The position numbers and the translations under genes are program-made. Below the pieces are notes generated by a model. It did not search any database. It saw only the letters and a list, made by a program, of their open reading frames with translations, and was not told the DNA's origin. This document shows, piece after piece, positions 19,035-29,104 of a stretch of 64,000 nucleotides of DNA. The first letter of the stretch is position 1. The number at the start of each line of letters is the position of its first letter. Source of the stretch: Candidatus Uhrbacteria bacterium RIFCSPLOWO2_01_FULL_47_17. GTDB taxonomy: Bacteria; Patescibacteriota; Patescibacteriia; UBA9934; GWF2-40-263. The DNA lies in the NCBI GenBank assembly GCA_001791305.1, contig MGEI01000005.1, positions 210,698 through 274,697 on the forward strand. Direction: 5' to 3'.

Positions 19035-20171
19035 TTATTGTTTGATAGGCATCACAATGTAGCGATGTTCTTTTGGTTTATCTTTGGTCGTGAGCAAACA
19101 GGGGTTTGAGGCATCGATCAACTGAAACATTACTTGATCCCCGGACATTGACTGGAGACCATCAAGAAGATAACGGAAGTTTACGGTTACCGTGTTTTGA
19201 ACTCCTGTGATATCCGCATCGCACGTCGTTGTATTTTCTCCGCGTGTTGCATCAAGCGCTTGAACACTCACGCGTTTCTCCGTTGGAGAGAATGAAAGCG
19301 TCACATCAAAGAGACCATTCTTTGAGAAAAGGGCAGCCGTCTTTACGGCTTTAATGAAGTCCTCACGATCAACAAGTGCTTGAGTTTGAAATTGTTTTGG
19401 AATGATCTGTTCGTAATCTGGATAATTTTCCTCAATCGTTCGAGATACGAGTTCGACAGGTCCATACATAAACACCACCTGATTCTGTTTCACTTGCATG
19501 GTGATGTACGAAGGCAAATCAACTTCATCTCTAAACACGGATAAAACGCGATTTACTTCGGAAAGTGTTTTTGCTGGAATAACCACAAGGAAATCCTGCA
19601 TCGGCCCGCTTGTAACGGGAATTGTCTTTTCAGACAATCGATACGAATCTGTTGATGCAAGTGTGAGTCTCATTTCCTGTTGGAAGGGGTAAAAATGCAT
19701 CAGGACGCCGGTGAGCTCTGGACGCGACTCGTTTGTGGCAACCGAGAACAGAACCTGCGAGAGGGCTGCTTTAAGGTCATCAATCGGGATCTGAAAACTT
19801 GTATCCCCTTCTACTTTTGGAACAAGAGGAAAATCTGAAGCATTCATTCCATGAATTTTTGTTTTATGTCCTCCGCACTCGACAAGTACCTGATCTCCAT
19901 TCGTCTCGAGATGTATGACTTCATTTGGAAGAAGAGAAACATAGTCGAAAAATAGTTTTGAAGGGATCGTAAATTCACCTTGTTCATCAATTTTTCCACG
20001 GACAGAACAGTTGATGGCAATTTCAAGATTTGTTGCCGTGAACTTTACGATTCCCCCATCAGCTTTGACGAGAACATTTTGGAGAATGGGAAGATTTACG
20101 TTTTTTGTCACTAAGTGACTTGTGATACTGAGTCCTTGATGGAGGTTTTCTTGTGTGCAGGAAATCTTCAT
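19035..20171 (-). CDS. dnaN: DNA polymerase III beta clamp
   Basis: LPILQN, ATNLE, RPELTG, TDSYRL, YPDY, IVMPI; next to dnaA. Confidence 0.96.
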   Translation of the reverse strand: MKISCTQENLHQGLSITSHLVTKNVNLPILQNVLVKADGGIVKFTATNLEIAINCSVRGKIDEQGEFTIPSKLFFDYVSLLPNEVIHLETNGDQVLVECGGHKTKIHGMNASDFPLVPKVEGDTSFQIPIDDLKAALSQVLFSVATNESRPELTGVLMHFYPFQQEMRLTLASTDSYRLSEKTIPVTSGPMQDFLVVIPAKTLSEVNRVLSVFRDEVDLPSYITMQVKQNQVVFMYGPVELVSRTIEENYPDYEQIIPKQFQTQALVDREDFIKAVKTAALFSKNGLFDVTLSFSPTEKRVSVQALDATRGENTTTCDADITGVQNTVTVNFRYLLDGLQSMSGDQVMFQLIDASNPCLLTTKDKPKEHRYIVMPIKQ

Positions 20172-20214
20172 AAGTTTTAGTTCTGATTTTTTGAATAATA
20201 GAACTAAAGATAAT

Positions 20215-20423
20215 GATAAGGCTGTGGATGATCTGTATAACTACTTCCCTGCGGCTGAACTTAGCAAAATTTTAGGGAGATTGCCTGTGGATGTTGCCTG
20301 TGGAAACGTGTGTGTGGAAATGTGGATATAAATTCCGTTTGAAGAACCCTGTTTCTACCCGCACGTTTTACACAGGTTTATCAAGTGGGTTATCGAGAGG
20401 ATATTCACAAGGATAACTTGTGA
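20215..20423. promoter_or_regulatory. dnaA-dnaN intergenic cluster of degenerate DnaA boxes (oriC part)
   Basis: Several TGTGGAT/TGTGGAAA, TTTACACAG and ATTCACAA 9-mer variants. Confidence 0.65.
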
Positions 20424-21839
20424 CTACGCTGTGTATAAACGTTGTTTGATGAGTTCAAGGTCGTGTTGCAACTTTTCATCTTCTGTTAAACACTCCGAAA
20501 TTTTCTCATACGCATGCATAGCAGTTGTGTGATCACGCCCACCGAGTTCGTTTCCGATAGACGGATAACTCGATTTCATTTCTTCACGCATGAGGTACAT
20601 GATGATTTGGCGTGGAAACGCGAGTTTTTTCTCACGACTTTTGCCAAGTAAGTCTTCAATACGGATATCAAAGTAGATAGATACCGTATGAATAAGTTGT
20701 TTTGGAGTAACATTTTTTTTGAGGGATGAGGGCTGGAAGCTTGTGAGGATTGGCTTGACGGTGTCGAGTGTTGGTCGAACGTTTTTGAATTGATGAAAGG
20801 CAATAACCTTGTTTAGAGCTCCTTCGAGTTCTCGCACGTTTGTTTGAACAACGGATGCGATGTGATTCAAGATGTCATGTTCAATTTGATAAACTTTTTC
20901 ACGACATTTTGATTCAAGAATGGCAACGCGCGTTTCAAAGTCTGGGGATCCAACATCAGCCATCATTCCTTGTTCCAGACGAGAGGAGAGTCGAGCTTCG
21001 AGGGAAGGAATAGCTTTTGGAGGGCGATCTGAAGAGAAAACAAGTTGTTTGTTATTTTGGAAGAGTTGGTTAAACGTATGAAAAAATTCTTCCTGTGTGC
21101 TTTCTTTCCCGCCCAAAAACTGAATATCGTCGATAAGGAGCGTATCAACCATGCGGTAGCGATTTTTAAAATCGTTCATTTTTCCTGTGCGAAGCGCAGA
21201 AACATAGTCGTTTGTGAATCTTTCACACGTGATGTAGAGAATGCGAAGGTTTGGATTTTTTCGAAGTAACTCATTTCCGATTGCCTGCAACAAATGGGTT
21301 TTTCCGAGTCCCACACCACCATAAATATAGAGTGGGTTATAAACGCCTCCTGGTTGGCTCGCGACCGCTTGAGCTGCTGCATGTGCAAGCTCATTTTGTT
21401 TTCCAACGATAAACGTTTCAAAACAGTATTTTCCGTTTAAAGAAAACTCCCCCGTTCTATTTTCTTGAACGTCTGAAGTATGTTGCTCAACAAAAAAGTC
21501 TTTCGGTGTTTGTACAGGCTGTTCTTGTTGGTGAAAAACAGGTTGTGGTTCCGGTTTTCCTGCAACAGGAACCATTTGTGCAGGAGCTTGGCGTGTTTCA
21601 ACACGAAACGTGATGTGCTTGATGTTTCCACCCGTGTGTTCCAAGACAGATTTTACGATTTCACGCGCGTGTTTTTTTTCAAGCCAGTTCTGCGTGAACA
21701 TGTTTGGGACACCAACAATAAGAGAGTGTTCTGAAATTTCAGAAATGAATGTACTTTTGAACCAAGTTGTAAAATTGGCTTTGCTGAGCGATAACTCAAG
21801 TTCCCCAAGAACAGCTTGCCAAAGTTCGATCGTGTTCAT
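20424..21839 (-). CDS. dnaA: Chromosomal replication initiator DnaA
   Basis: YNPLYIYGGVGLGKTHL, LIDDIQF, EEFFHTFN, GGRDHTT. Confidence 0.98.
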   Translation of the reverse strand: MNTIELWQAVLGELELSLSKANFTTWFKSTFISEISEHSLIVGVPNMFTQNWLEKKHAREIVKSVLEHTGGNIKHITFRVETRQAPAQMVPVAGKPEPQPVFHQQEQPVQTPKDFFVEQHTSDVQENRTGEFSLNGKYCFETFIVGKQNELAHAAAQAVASQPGGVYNPLYIYGGVGLGKTHLLQAIGNELLRKNPNLRILYITCERFTNDYVSALRTGKMNDFKNRYRMVDTLLIDDIQFLGGKESTQEEFFHTFNQLFQNNKQLVFSSDRPPKAIPSLEARLSSRLEQGMMADVGSPDFETRVAILESKCREKVYQIEHDILNHIASVVQTNVRELEGALNKVIAFHQFKNVRPTLDTVKPILTSFQPSSLKKNVTPKQLIHTVSIYFDIRIEDLLGKSREKKLAFPRQIIMYLMREEMKSSYPSIGNELGGRDHTTAMHAYEKISECLTEDEKLQHDLELIKQRLYTA

Positions 21840-21889
21840 AACGACAATTTATGAGAAAAAACGATTCAAATACACGAGGTTGAATATAG

Positions 21890-21972
21890 GATGTGGGTAA
21901 GTGTAACCATTTATCCACAAGTGGGCAAGTGTGAGAATTGTTCATAAAGCTCTTGATAAGTTGTGGATAGCA
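21890..21972. promoter_or_regulatory. DnaA boxes upstream of dnaA (oriC/autoregulation)
   Basis: Perfect TTATCCACA at 21911-21919; TGTGGGTAA at 21892; TGTGGATAG at 21962. Confidence 0.75.
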
Positions 21973-21992
21973 TGTTAGTATCTGGGGGCATG

Positions 21993-22113
21993 AGTAGAAA
22001 GTAGAGAGCAGAAAGTAGAAAGGGTAGAAAACAGAAAAAAACTGTTCCAAATCCATCTTCTTGTCTTTTTTTCTCTTCCCCCCTTTCTACTTTCTACTTT
22101 ACTACTTTCTACT
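21993..22113. repeat. Inverted pair of heptamer tandem arrays (AGTAGAA)n / (TTCTACT)n
   Basis: Purine-rich left arm and complementary pyrimidine-rich right arm. Confidence 0.7.
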
Positions 22114-22125
22114 ACCCCAACCCCT

Positions 22126-22278
22126 ATGCCAAAGCGCACCCATCAACCAAAGAAGCTTAAACGCGTCAAAACCCATGGTTTCCTTAAGCGAATGAGCACA
22201 AAAAACGGCCGAGAAGTGATTGCTCGTCGTCGCGCAAAAGGCCGCAAACGCCTTGCTCCAAAAGCTACCAGTAAATAA
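22126..22278 (+). CDS. rpmH: 50S ribosomal protein L34 (missing from ORF track)
   Basis: [43 protein letters not shown]. Confidence 0.96.
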   Translation: MPKRTHQPKKLKRVKTHGFLKRMSTKNGREVIARRRAKGRKRLAPKATSK

Positions 22279-22284
22279 ACCTCT

Positions 22285-22623
22285 GTGTTTCCTTCCGTAA
22301 ATCGATTACGAAATGAAAAAGATATCAAAACACTCTTCGCAAAAGGCAGGAGTGTTTTTGATGTGACGCTCGGAATCCGATTCGCCCCAAATAACCTCCC
22401 AGTTACTCGATTCACGGTCGTTGTTGGAACAAAGATCTCAAAACGCGCGGTCGTTCGAAACAAGATTAAGCGAAGAATCCGAGGAATTGTCGAAAAACGT
22501 CTTCTCGAGATAAAACCCGGGTTTGATGTGCTGTTTCTCGTAAAGAAAGAAACGATTGATCAAACGCACAAACAACTTGTTGAGCAGATTGAGCGTATGT
22601 TTAAACGTGCAAAACTCGTATGA
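22285..22623 (+). CDS. rnpA: RNase P protein component
   Basis: [20 protein letters not shown]; follows rpmH. Confidence 0.93.
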   Translation: MFPSVNRLRNEKDIKTLFAKGRSVFDVTLGIRFAPNNLPVTRFTVVVGTKISKRAVVRNKIKRRIRGIVEKRLLEIKPGFDVLFLVKKETIDQTHKQLVEQIERMFKRAKLV

Positions 22624-22880
22624 AGCTCCGATTTTGGATTGTTCCAAGCCTCGCTGTCCTTTTATTGATCCGTGTCTATCAAAAGACCTTGTCTTTTGAT
22701 CACGGATACATGAAATTCTTTTACCCAGACGGATATTGCCGTTTTTACCCAACCTGCTCGGAGTACGGATACAGGGCGATCGAGAAACATGGGCTTATAA
22801 AAGGAGGTTGGCTCACCGTTCGCCGCATTCTCCGATGTAATCCGTTTAATAAGGGAGGGATCGATGAGGTTCCTAAATAA
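22620..22880 (+). CDS. yidD: Membrane protein insertion efficiency factor YidD
   Basis: [18 protein letters not shown]. Confidence 0.93.
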   Translation: MKLRFWIVPSLAVLLLIRVYQKTLSFDHGYMKFFYPDGYCRFYPTCSEYGYRAIEKHGLIKGGWLTVRRILRCNPFNKGGIDEVPK

Positions 22881-22955
22881 AACATCGCTCAATTGAGCGA
22901 TGTTTTTAGTTATCCCCATTCGAAATACATATGGGGATAACGTGTTGATACTGGG

Positions 22956-23189
22956 CTACTTCTCGAAAAGCTTTTTAATTTCCACCTGTTTAATACGCGT
23001 CGTTTTTCCTCTCACAATCTCCATACAAGATTTCGCAATGCCGAGATCCTCGGCCAGAACCTCGACAACAGCCTCATTCGCCTTCCCTTTCTCTGCAATC
23101 GCCGTAACTGAAATCTTTGCCGTCTCATCATCGATCCATTCAATCGCGTTTTTTCTCGACCGTGGTTTTACATGAACCGTTATAATCAT
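22956..23189 (-). CDS. DUF167 (YggU-like) protein
   Basis: VHVKPRSR, GKAN, GKTTRIK. Confidence 0.85.
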   Translation of the reverse strand: MIITVHVKPRSRKNAIEWIDDETAKISVTAIAEKGKANEAVVEVLAEDLGIAKSCMEIVRGKTTRIKQVEIKKLFEK

Positions 23190-24022
23190 ACATTTCTCCA
23201 CTTCTTCAACAACTTCACTTCTCCAGCCTGTTCCTCATCGAGCGGCGTCTCGAGAAGTAAATCGAGATGATGTAGCTTTGGGTGTTGAACGAAGAGTTTG
23301 ATTGCATCCTTTCCAATCAATCCTTTTCCAATGTGTTCATGGCGATCTTTGTGAGAACCAAGCTCCACTTTCGAATCGTTCAAGTGTGACGCGACCAATT
23401 TCTTTAATCCAACGATTTTATCGAACTTTTTTATCATGGCGTCGAGAAGTTCTGGTGTTCGAAAATCATATCCACTTCCGAATGCATGTTGCGTGTCGAA
23501 ACAAACTCCAATTTCTTTCCCGCGTTCTGCCCTATCGAGAAACGCCGCTATCTCCTCGAACGAAGCTCCCATAACAGCCCCTGCACCCGCCGAGATTTCA
23601 ACAAGTAGTTGACATGAGCCTTTATAGTCATCCATGATTTTATTGAGTCCCTCGATCACAAACTTTGTTCCTGCTTCCTCACCTACTTCCTTCGCCGAAC
23701 CCGGATGGAACATCATACCGCTCACGCCGAGGAGACTTCCACGTTCGAGTTCCTCGCGTAGGAGCCGAACCGAGTTTGCTCGAGTTGATGCCTTTTCGGA
23801 CGCAAGGTTGATCACATACGGCCCGTGAATATAGCAGCTTTTGATTTTGTATTCCTTCATAGCATCTCGAAAAAGCTTTTGGTCCTCTTCCGAGATCGCC
23901 TTCACGTTTCCGCCCTGTGGCGGGCGTGAAAAAAACTGGAAGGTTTCACATCCAATCTTGCCCGCATTTTTGGGCCCATTCCAGAGTCCTCCCGCGGCTG
24001 ATACGTGTGCTCCAACACTCAT
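23186..24022 (-). CDS. nfo: Endonuclease IV
   Basis: GAHVSAAGG, HGPYVINLAS, HPGS, DTQH, HLNDSK, DRHEHIG, ETP. Confidence 0.95.
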   Translation of the reverse strand: MSVGAHVSAAGGLWNGPKNAGKIGCETFQFFSRPPQGGNVKAISEEDQKLFRDAMKEYKIKSCYIHGPYVINLASEKASTRANSVRLLREELERGSLLGVSGMMFHPGSAKEVGEEAGTKFVIEGLNKIMDDYKGSCQLLVEISAGAGAVMGASFEEIAAFLDRAERGKEIGVCFDTQHAFGSGYDFRTPELLDAMIKKFDKIVGLKKLVASHLNDSKVELGSHKDRHEHIGKGLIGKDAIKLFVQHPKLHHLDLLLETPLDEEQAGEVKLLKKWRNV

Positions 24023-24067
24023 AAAACAAAAGTAATGGCTTTAATGCCATTACTTTATCACAGAGTC

Positions 24068-25360
24068 TTACATCTTCACCATCACGTTCTTCACAAGTTC
24101 AATCACCTTTCTGTTCAAGACAACTTGTTCGAAGTACTGTCGATATTCCGGAGTGTAAATACGTTTTTTGTCTTCCGCGTCTTCATAACGCGCCGCGACG
24201 TCGTCGAGTTCTTTGTCGAGCTCTTCGTCGCTTACAGTAAGGTTCTCGCGTTTTGCAATTTCACGCATCGCAATCGCGACCTTGATGCGCATAAGGGCTT
24301 GTGGAGTGAAGTCGAGTTTCACTTGCACTAGCGTCTTTTCCAAACTTTGAATGTATTTTTCAAAGTCCATACCCTGTTCTTCTACACGGCCCTTCAATTC
24401 ACGAAGCATCTTTTCGATTTCTTCATTCAAGAGAAGATCAGGAATGTTTTCAAACTGTGTTTTGTTTGCAATCAGCTCAAGAGCTTCTTTTTCTTGGCGC
24501 ATTTGTTCTTCGCGAATTTTCTCATCGAGAAGATTTTTGTGAATGAGTTCTTTCATCATCGCAAAATCTTTAAGTCCGAGTGATTGTGCGAACGAGTCGT
24601 CCATTTGTGGTGGCTCGAGATGAAATAATTCTTTTAAGACAACTTCGAAGTCGATATCTTGTCCTGCCAAAAATGCTTGCGCGTGATCTGCCGGAAACGC
24701 AAGAGTAAAAGTTTTTGCATCACCCTCTTTTAATCCAATCAACTGTTCTTTGAATCCAGGAATATAATATTCTTCTGCGAGATATACGGCGTGATTTGGT
24801 GATTGTCCACCTTCGATCGGAACTCCGTCTTTTTTCATGTCCATCGAAACAACCGCTTTATCTGTTGCACTCACGATCGAACCAGATGCGGCACGAACTT
24901 CTTTTGTTTGCATGCGCGTGAGATCTTTGAGCGCGAGTTCAACATCATGGTCAGCAACTTCTGGAACTTTTCCTTGGACAGACAAACTTTTAAAATCTGC
25001 GAGTTCTTTGACAGCCGGCATGCGTGTTACTTCTGCGGTAAACACCAGTTCATTTCCTGGCGCCATTTTTTCAACATCAATTTTTGGAGAGCCGACGGTG
25101 TCGATTTCGTTATCTAAAAGTGCTTTCACAAAAAGACTTCGCACGATTTTTTCAAGCGCCTCTTCCATGATTTTTGTTTCCCCAACGCGTTGTTTCACAA
25201 TCTCATAACCAGCCTTTCCTGGGCGGAAACCTGGAATGGTTGAGTGTTCAGAAATGTGTTCAGCGGCAGCCTCAAGAAACGGAGTTTGTTCTTCAACAGA
25301 AACGGTAAAGGTGATTTTCACGAGTCCTTTTTCTTGTTCTTCGACAGTAATATTTGGCAT
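24068..25360 (-). CDS. tig: Trigger factor
   Basis: IPGFRPGKA, IPGFKEQLIG, FKBP domain. Confidence 0.93.
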   Translation of the reverse strand: MPNITVEEQEKGLVKITFTVSVEEQTPFLEAAAEHISEHSTIPGFRPGKAGYEIVKQRVGETKIMEEALEKIVRSLFVKALLDNEIDTVGSPKIDVEKMAPGNELVFTAEVTRMPAVKELADFKSLSVQGKVPEVADHDVELALKDLTRMQTKEVRAASGSIVSATDKAVVSMDMKKDGVPIEGGQSPNHAVYLAEEYYIPGFKEQLIGLKEGDAKTFTLAFPADHAQAFLAGQDIDFEVVLKELFHLEPPQMDDSFAQSLGLKDFAMMKELIHKNLLDEKIREEQMRQEKEALELIANKTQFENIPDLLLNEEIEKMLRELKGRVEEQGMDFEKYIQSLEKTLVQVKLDFTPQALMRIKVAIAMREIAKRENLTVSDEELDKELDDVAARYEDAEDKKRIYTPEYRQYFEQVVLNRKVIELVKNVMVKM

Positions 25361-25463
25361 AAAGATGGTTTGAATTTCTGCGAAAGTGTAGCGAATAAAC
25401 AAAATTGCGTCAATGTTGTGGAGTGGTGTTCGTTTCAATAAAAAAATCGCCAGGATTTGGCGA

Positions 25464-27464
25464 TTAAGACTTTTTGACCATGAGCACGGTGCTCACCTGA
25501 GCGGCTTTCTTAAACATATCATCCGGCGTGCTCGGCCCCTGGGTTTCATCCAAGAGGACGTGTGCGACACGCTGTGAGATTTCACGCAAGGCAGCATGGC
25601 GGCGAACCGCATCTGTGTATCCGTCAAAGAGTGTGTGACCCAAGTTGAGCGTGATGATGGTGTAGCCGTCTCCGCGCTCAATCCAGCTCGTTTTGGCATT
25701 TGCGTCCGGCGTGCCACGCATCGTCGTTGAGGAGAGTTCGAACAAGTGATCTTCAACAATGAATTGCCGATCTGTGGTCTCCCCGGTTTTCGGTGATTCA
25801 CCTTCATCCTGTTCTCGAATGCGAATGGTACAGTTTGCCGTGTCACTCGGATTGTTTTTGTTTACAACCGTGATGTCGAAGTCTCCCGCTTTGTCGCTCG
25901 AGAGAATTTCAGCTTCAGTTACATCTTTCGAAATCTTGATTTCCCCTCCCCATTTCTGGTAGGTCCATACAAGATCCGCTCCGGCGGGCACTTCATTAAG
26001 TCGGACAAATCGACGGTCATGGAATCCCATCCGAACGGTTGGTTTCCCAAACCGCATCGGAATCGTTGCGAAGATGTTGATCGTGATGATGGCGCTTGGC
26101 GCATCCTTCACGTCCCCCATCATACTCACACGCAGCGTGTGCCCTTCACCAATATCACGGGCTGTGTAGGTCACGCGTGTTCCGGTGTTGGTATCCAAAC
26201 TGCCGCCACTTGCCTTTGCATCCCAATGGTATGGACGCCCCGGTCGCGGATCCTTGATTTCGAACACGTAGCTACGTCCAGGAACCAGGTCCACGCAATG
26301 GCGATTCAGAGCGATTTCGATCACCTTTTGCTTGATCGGTGCTTCGCCCGTTGCTTCGTGAATATTTCGACACACATCTGCAAGCAGAGTTGCGTCATCG
26401 GTCGTCACGATTTCTTCTGAGCGCATCCCGAGTTCGTTCTCGACGAGCGGAACGATTTCAAGACGCAGGAACTTGAGGAGCGCTTCACAGAAGTGCTCAT
26501 CTTCAAGCATGTTCGCGTTGAATTCCTTGCGGCTATTCACAGCGAACTTATTTGCCTTCGGAATGTCGATGCTGCCCACAACGTACGGGTGACGCAACAC
26601 GATGTCAATTTCTCGCGCAAGTGTGCGATACCGCGGGTCGTGTGTGAACGCACGCGCAAACGTGGTCCAAGAACACACGGGGCCCATCGCACCCATCATC
26701 ACGAAATCTGCGCTGCGGTCACTTTGCTGAACCACATACAGATTCCACTCAACGTCTCCAAGATGTTTCACGGGCGTTGTGGTACGTCCCTCAATCGGCT
26801 TGCCTTTCAGCTCGCGCGGCTTGAGTTCGAATGTCTGTACTCCGCCCGTCTCATCCACGGTTTCCACACGAATCTTTCGTGCAATGTGTGGGGAGAGTTT
26901 TTCGGCGAGGCCTTCAATCAATCGTTCCGCTGTCCGTTGTGCCTGCTGCGACTTGGTGCCAACCGTGAGGTCGCGCCAGGTCACAATCGTTCCACTCGTT
27001 TTCAGCAGATGATCGAATGAGAGCTTCTTTGCGGTCCACGCGAGCGTTGTATTTCGTTCAAACCACGCGTCATGCATGCGTTCTTTTGTGAGAACGATTT
27101 CAAACGCTGTCTGATCTGCAGCTTTTGTGATCGTGTGACACTCAACCGCGTGGTTGATGAAGCCGATGCGTCCGGTACCGTTGCGGCCCTTTTTCGAATC
27201 GTCTTCACGTGCAGCGCTGTCACACAAATTGGTATAGGCTTCCCGACCGCGCTCATCCATGCCCTGTCCGTTGTCGCGGAATTGAACACAGCTGATTTCA
27301 CGTTTCGGATCCGTGTAGAAACGAATAGTGAATTCCGTCGCTCCCCAGTCGAAGGCGTTTTCGGCGATTTGCACCACCGCATCCGCAAATCCTGTGAACC
27401 CATCGGTCAACTTGTCGAGAATCGATTTGTCAACGCGATTTCGCCTTACATGTGGTACTGCCAT
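25464..27464 (-). CDS. MORC-like GHKL ATPase (HATPase_c_3) with Ig-like insertions
   Basis: QIAENAFD, DNGQGM, GRNGTG, GTIV; beta-rich W...GGSL...VTYTA segments; C-terminal ITLNLGHTLF. Confidence 0.75.
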   Translation of the reverse strand: MAVPHVRRNRVDKSILDKLTDGFTGFADAVVQIAENAFDWGATEFTIRFYTDPKREISCVQFRDNGQGMDERGREAYTNLCDSAAREDDSKKGRNGTGRIGFINHAVECHTITKAADQTAFEIVLTKERMHDAWFERNTTLAWTAKKLSFDHLLKTSGTIVTWRDLTVGTKSQQAQRTAERLIEGLAEKLSPHIARKIRVETVDETGGVQTFELKPRELKGKPIEGRTTTPVKHLGDVEWNLYVVQQSDRSADFVMMGAMGPVCSWTTFARAFTHDPRYRTLAREIDIVLRHPYVVGSIDIPKANKFAVNSRKEFNANMLEDEHFCEALLKFLRLEIVPLVENELGMRSEEIVTTDDATLLADVCRNIHEATGEAPIKQKVIEIALNRHCVDLVPGRSYVFEIKDPRPGRPYHWDAKASGGSLDTNTGTRVTYTARDIGEGHTLRVSMMGDVKDAPSAIITINIFATIPMRFGKPTVRMGFHDRRFVRLNEVPAGADLVWTYQKWGGEIKISKDVTEAEILSSDKAGDFDITVVNKNNPSDTANCTIRIREQDEGESPKTGETTDRQFIVEDHLFELSSTTMRGTPDANAKTSWIERGDGYTIITLNLGHTLFDGYTDAVRRHAALREISQRVAHVLLDETQGPSTPDDMFKKAAQVSTVLMVKKS

Positions 27465-28916
27465 TTACTTTCCTCCATTGGATTTGTTGAATTCTGACGC
27501 GACTCCGACCATGGAGCGTGTCCCCTGAACAATCTCCCACGCCGCTTTTGAGCCCATCAAGTGATGGAGCCCTTCATGTGCAACGAAGAGTTCTGCAAGT
27601 TCTGGACCAAGAATCGGCGTGATCGTTTTCCGAATGAGATCCGGATTCAGCTCACTGAGCGCAACCAGCACTTTCCGCAGATGGACGATCGCGGTTCGAA
27701 CGTCTTCAATCTGTTCCATTGTGACACGTTCATCTTTTCGAAGGTGCCACGTTTTCGGATCAAGACAGTGCTCCACGCCACCAATCACGGAACCAATCGG
27801 TTCATAGATCGGAGTTACGGATGGTGTCGCAACCGTTTCTGTTCGTGCCTTGAGTCGTGCGACCAAAGCTTCGAGTCCATCGATCACAACATCTTCGAAC
27901 GAATCTTTGGATGGCGTGATTGGTTTTGGTTCAGAAACGACGGGGGTCGCAACCGGAGTCGCAACAGGTTCCACTTTCTTTTGGACAGAAGGCTTCGCTT
28001 TTGATTGTTTTGCGACAGGCTTCACATCCATGAGGTCTTTGAGAGGGACTTCCACTTCCCAAATTCCCGCATCTTCCTTTTTGCGATACGTCTTGCGGTG
28101 CTCGTCAAACGTTTCCAAGAGCGCGGGATACGATCGCTCGACAAGCGCGCGCAGAATTCCTTCGACGGTTTCCGGATAACAACTTGTCTTTTCTTTTTCA
28201 GGCTTCCATTCAAGGAGTCGAGAAATGGTGTTCTCTTTGATTCCCGTAAGGCTTTCAATTTTGACAGCCGTGTGACCGGGATACCGATGAAGAAATTCTT
28301 GGAGCGCGGATGCAAAATCCGTGACTCCAGGAAAAAATTCTTGCGAGTCTCCGCCAAGGATGGCTCGACACATCAAGATGAACTGTGCATCTTCAAGACA
28401 CGAGATCTTGAGAAAGCCTCGCATGAGATTGCTCAAGAGGATTTTCAACATCTCCACACCGGGTTTGTTGATTCCTCTGTTCCAACCACTCAACGTCCCT
28501 GACGGAACACCCATCTGAAGCGCGAGGTAGAAATTTCCTCCGTACTCTTTGATGATTTTGCGCAAGCGATTCACGACGTCTTCACGGTGAATATCACGAT
28601 CGAAATCAATGTGTTCACGCAGATCAGGACACTCGTTCCACAACTGACGTTTTGCTTCACAAACCATCCAGGCGTCGATATCAACACCGGTTGTTTCGAG
28701 AATGGATTGAAGACCGGTTGTGACAAGATCAATCGTTGGTGTGTTTGCAAGCCAGGCAGGAAGACTCTTTCTGCCTCGAATGCCGTGTTTTTTGAACACA
28801 GCCTGCGCTTCTTCAACGGTTTTGAGTCCGTTGTGCTGCATCCACATTTCCCAAAGCACGGCGAGGGTGATGTCTTTTCCCCAAACGGCTGTTGGAAGTT
28901 TCTTGAGCTTTTCCAT
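27465..28916 (-). CDS. Hypothetical protein with XRE-type HTH domains
   Basis: LALQMGVPSGTLSGWNRGINKP and second HTH-like IESLTGIKENTISRLL; stop abuts GHKL start (TAAATG). Confidence 0.65.
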   Translation of the reverse strand: MEKLKKLPTAVWGKDITLAVLWEMWMQHNGLKTVEEAQAVFKKHGIRGRKSLPAWLANTPTIDLVTTGLQSILETTGVDIDAWMVCEAKRQLWNECPDLREHIDFDRDIHREDVVNRLRKIIKEYGGNFYLALQMGVPSGTLSGWNRGINKPGVEMLKILLSNLMRGFLKISCLEDAQFILMCRAILGGDSQEFFPGVTDFASALQEFLHRYPGHTAVKIESLTGIKENTISRLLEWKPEKEKTSCYPETVEGILRALVERSYPALLETFDEHRKTYRKKEDAGIWEVEVPLKDLMDVKPVAKQSKAKPSVQKKVEPVATPVATPVVSEPKPITPSKDSFEDVVIDGLEALVARLKARTETVATPSVTPIYEPIGSVIGGVEHCLDPKTWHLRKDERVTMEQIEDVRTAIVHLRKVLVALSELNPDLIRKTITPILGPELAELFVAHEGLHHLMGSKAAWEIVQGTRSMVGVASEFNKSNGGK

Positions 28917-29002
28917 GGATCCTCCGGCTGAAAAGAACCGTTCTGAAATACGGCCATTCCGTACATTTCAGAAGGGGTCAACCTATCAATTTAAGCCTGT
29001 TA

Positions 29003-29021
29003 TGTCAAGGTTCTATTGACA
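29003..29021. promoter_or_regulatory. Back-to-back -35 palindrome TGTCAA-N7-TTGACA (divergent promoters/operator)
   Basis: Between divergent genes; same geometry at 31982-32000. Confidence 0.65.
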
Positions 29022-29104
29022 GATCCGGCTCGCGTGGTACATTTTTACATCCTTTTTTCGAATGACGAAGAAAGGTGTTTGTTCAGACAACCAAGGAGTG
29101 TCTC

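Noticed and set aside
21993-22113. CRISPR array
   Set aside because: Short heptamer tandem repeats without spacers; no cas genes in the window
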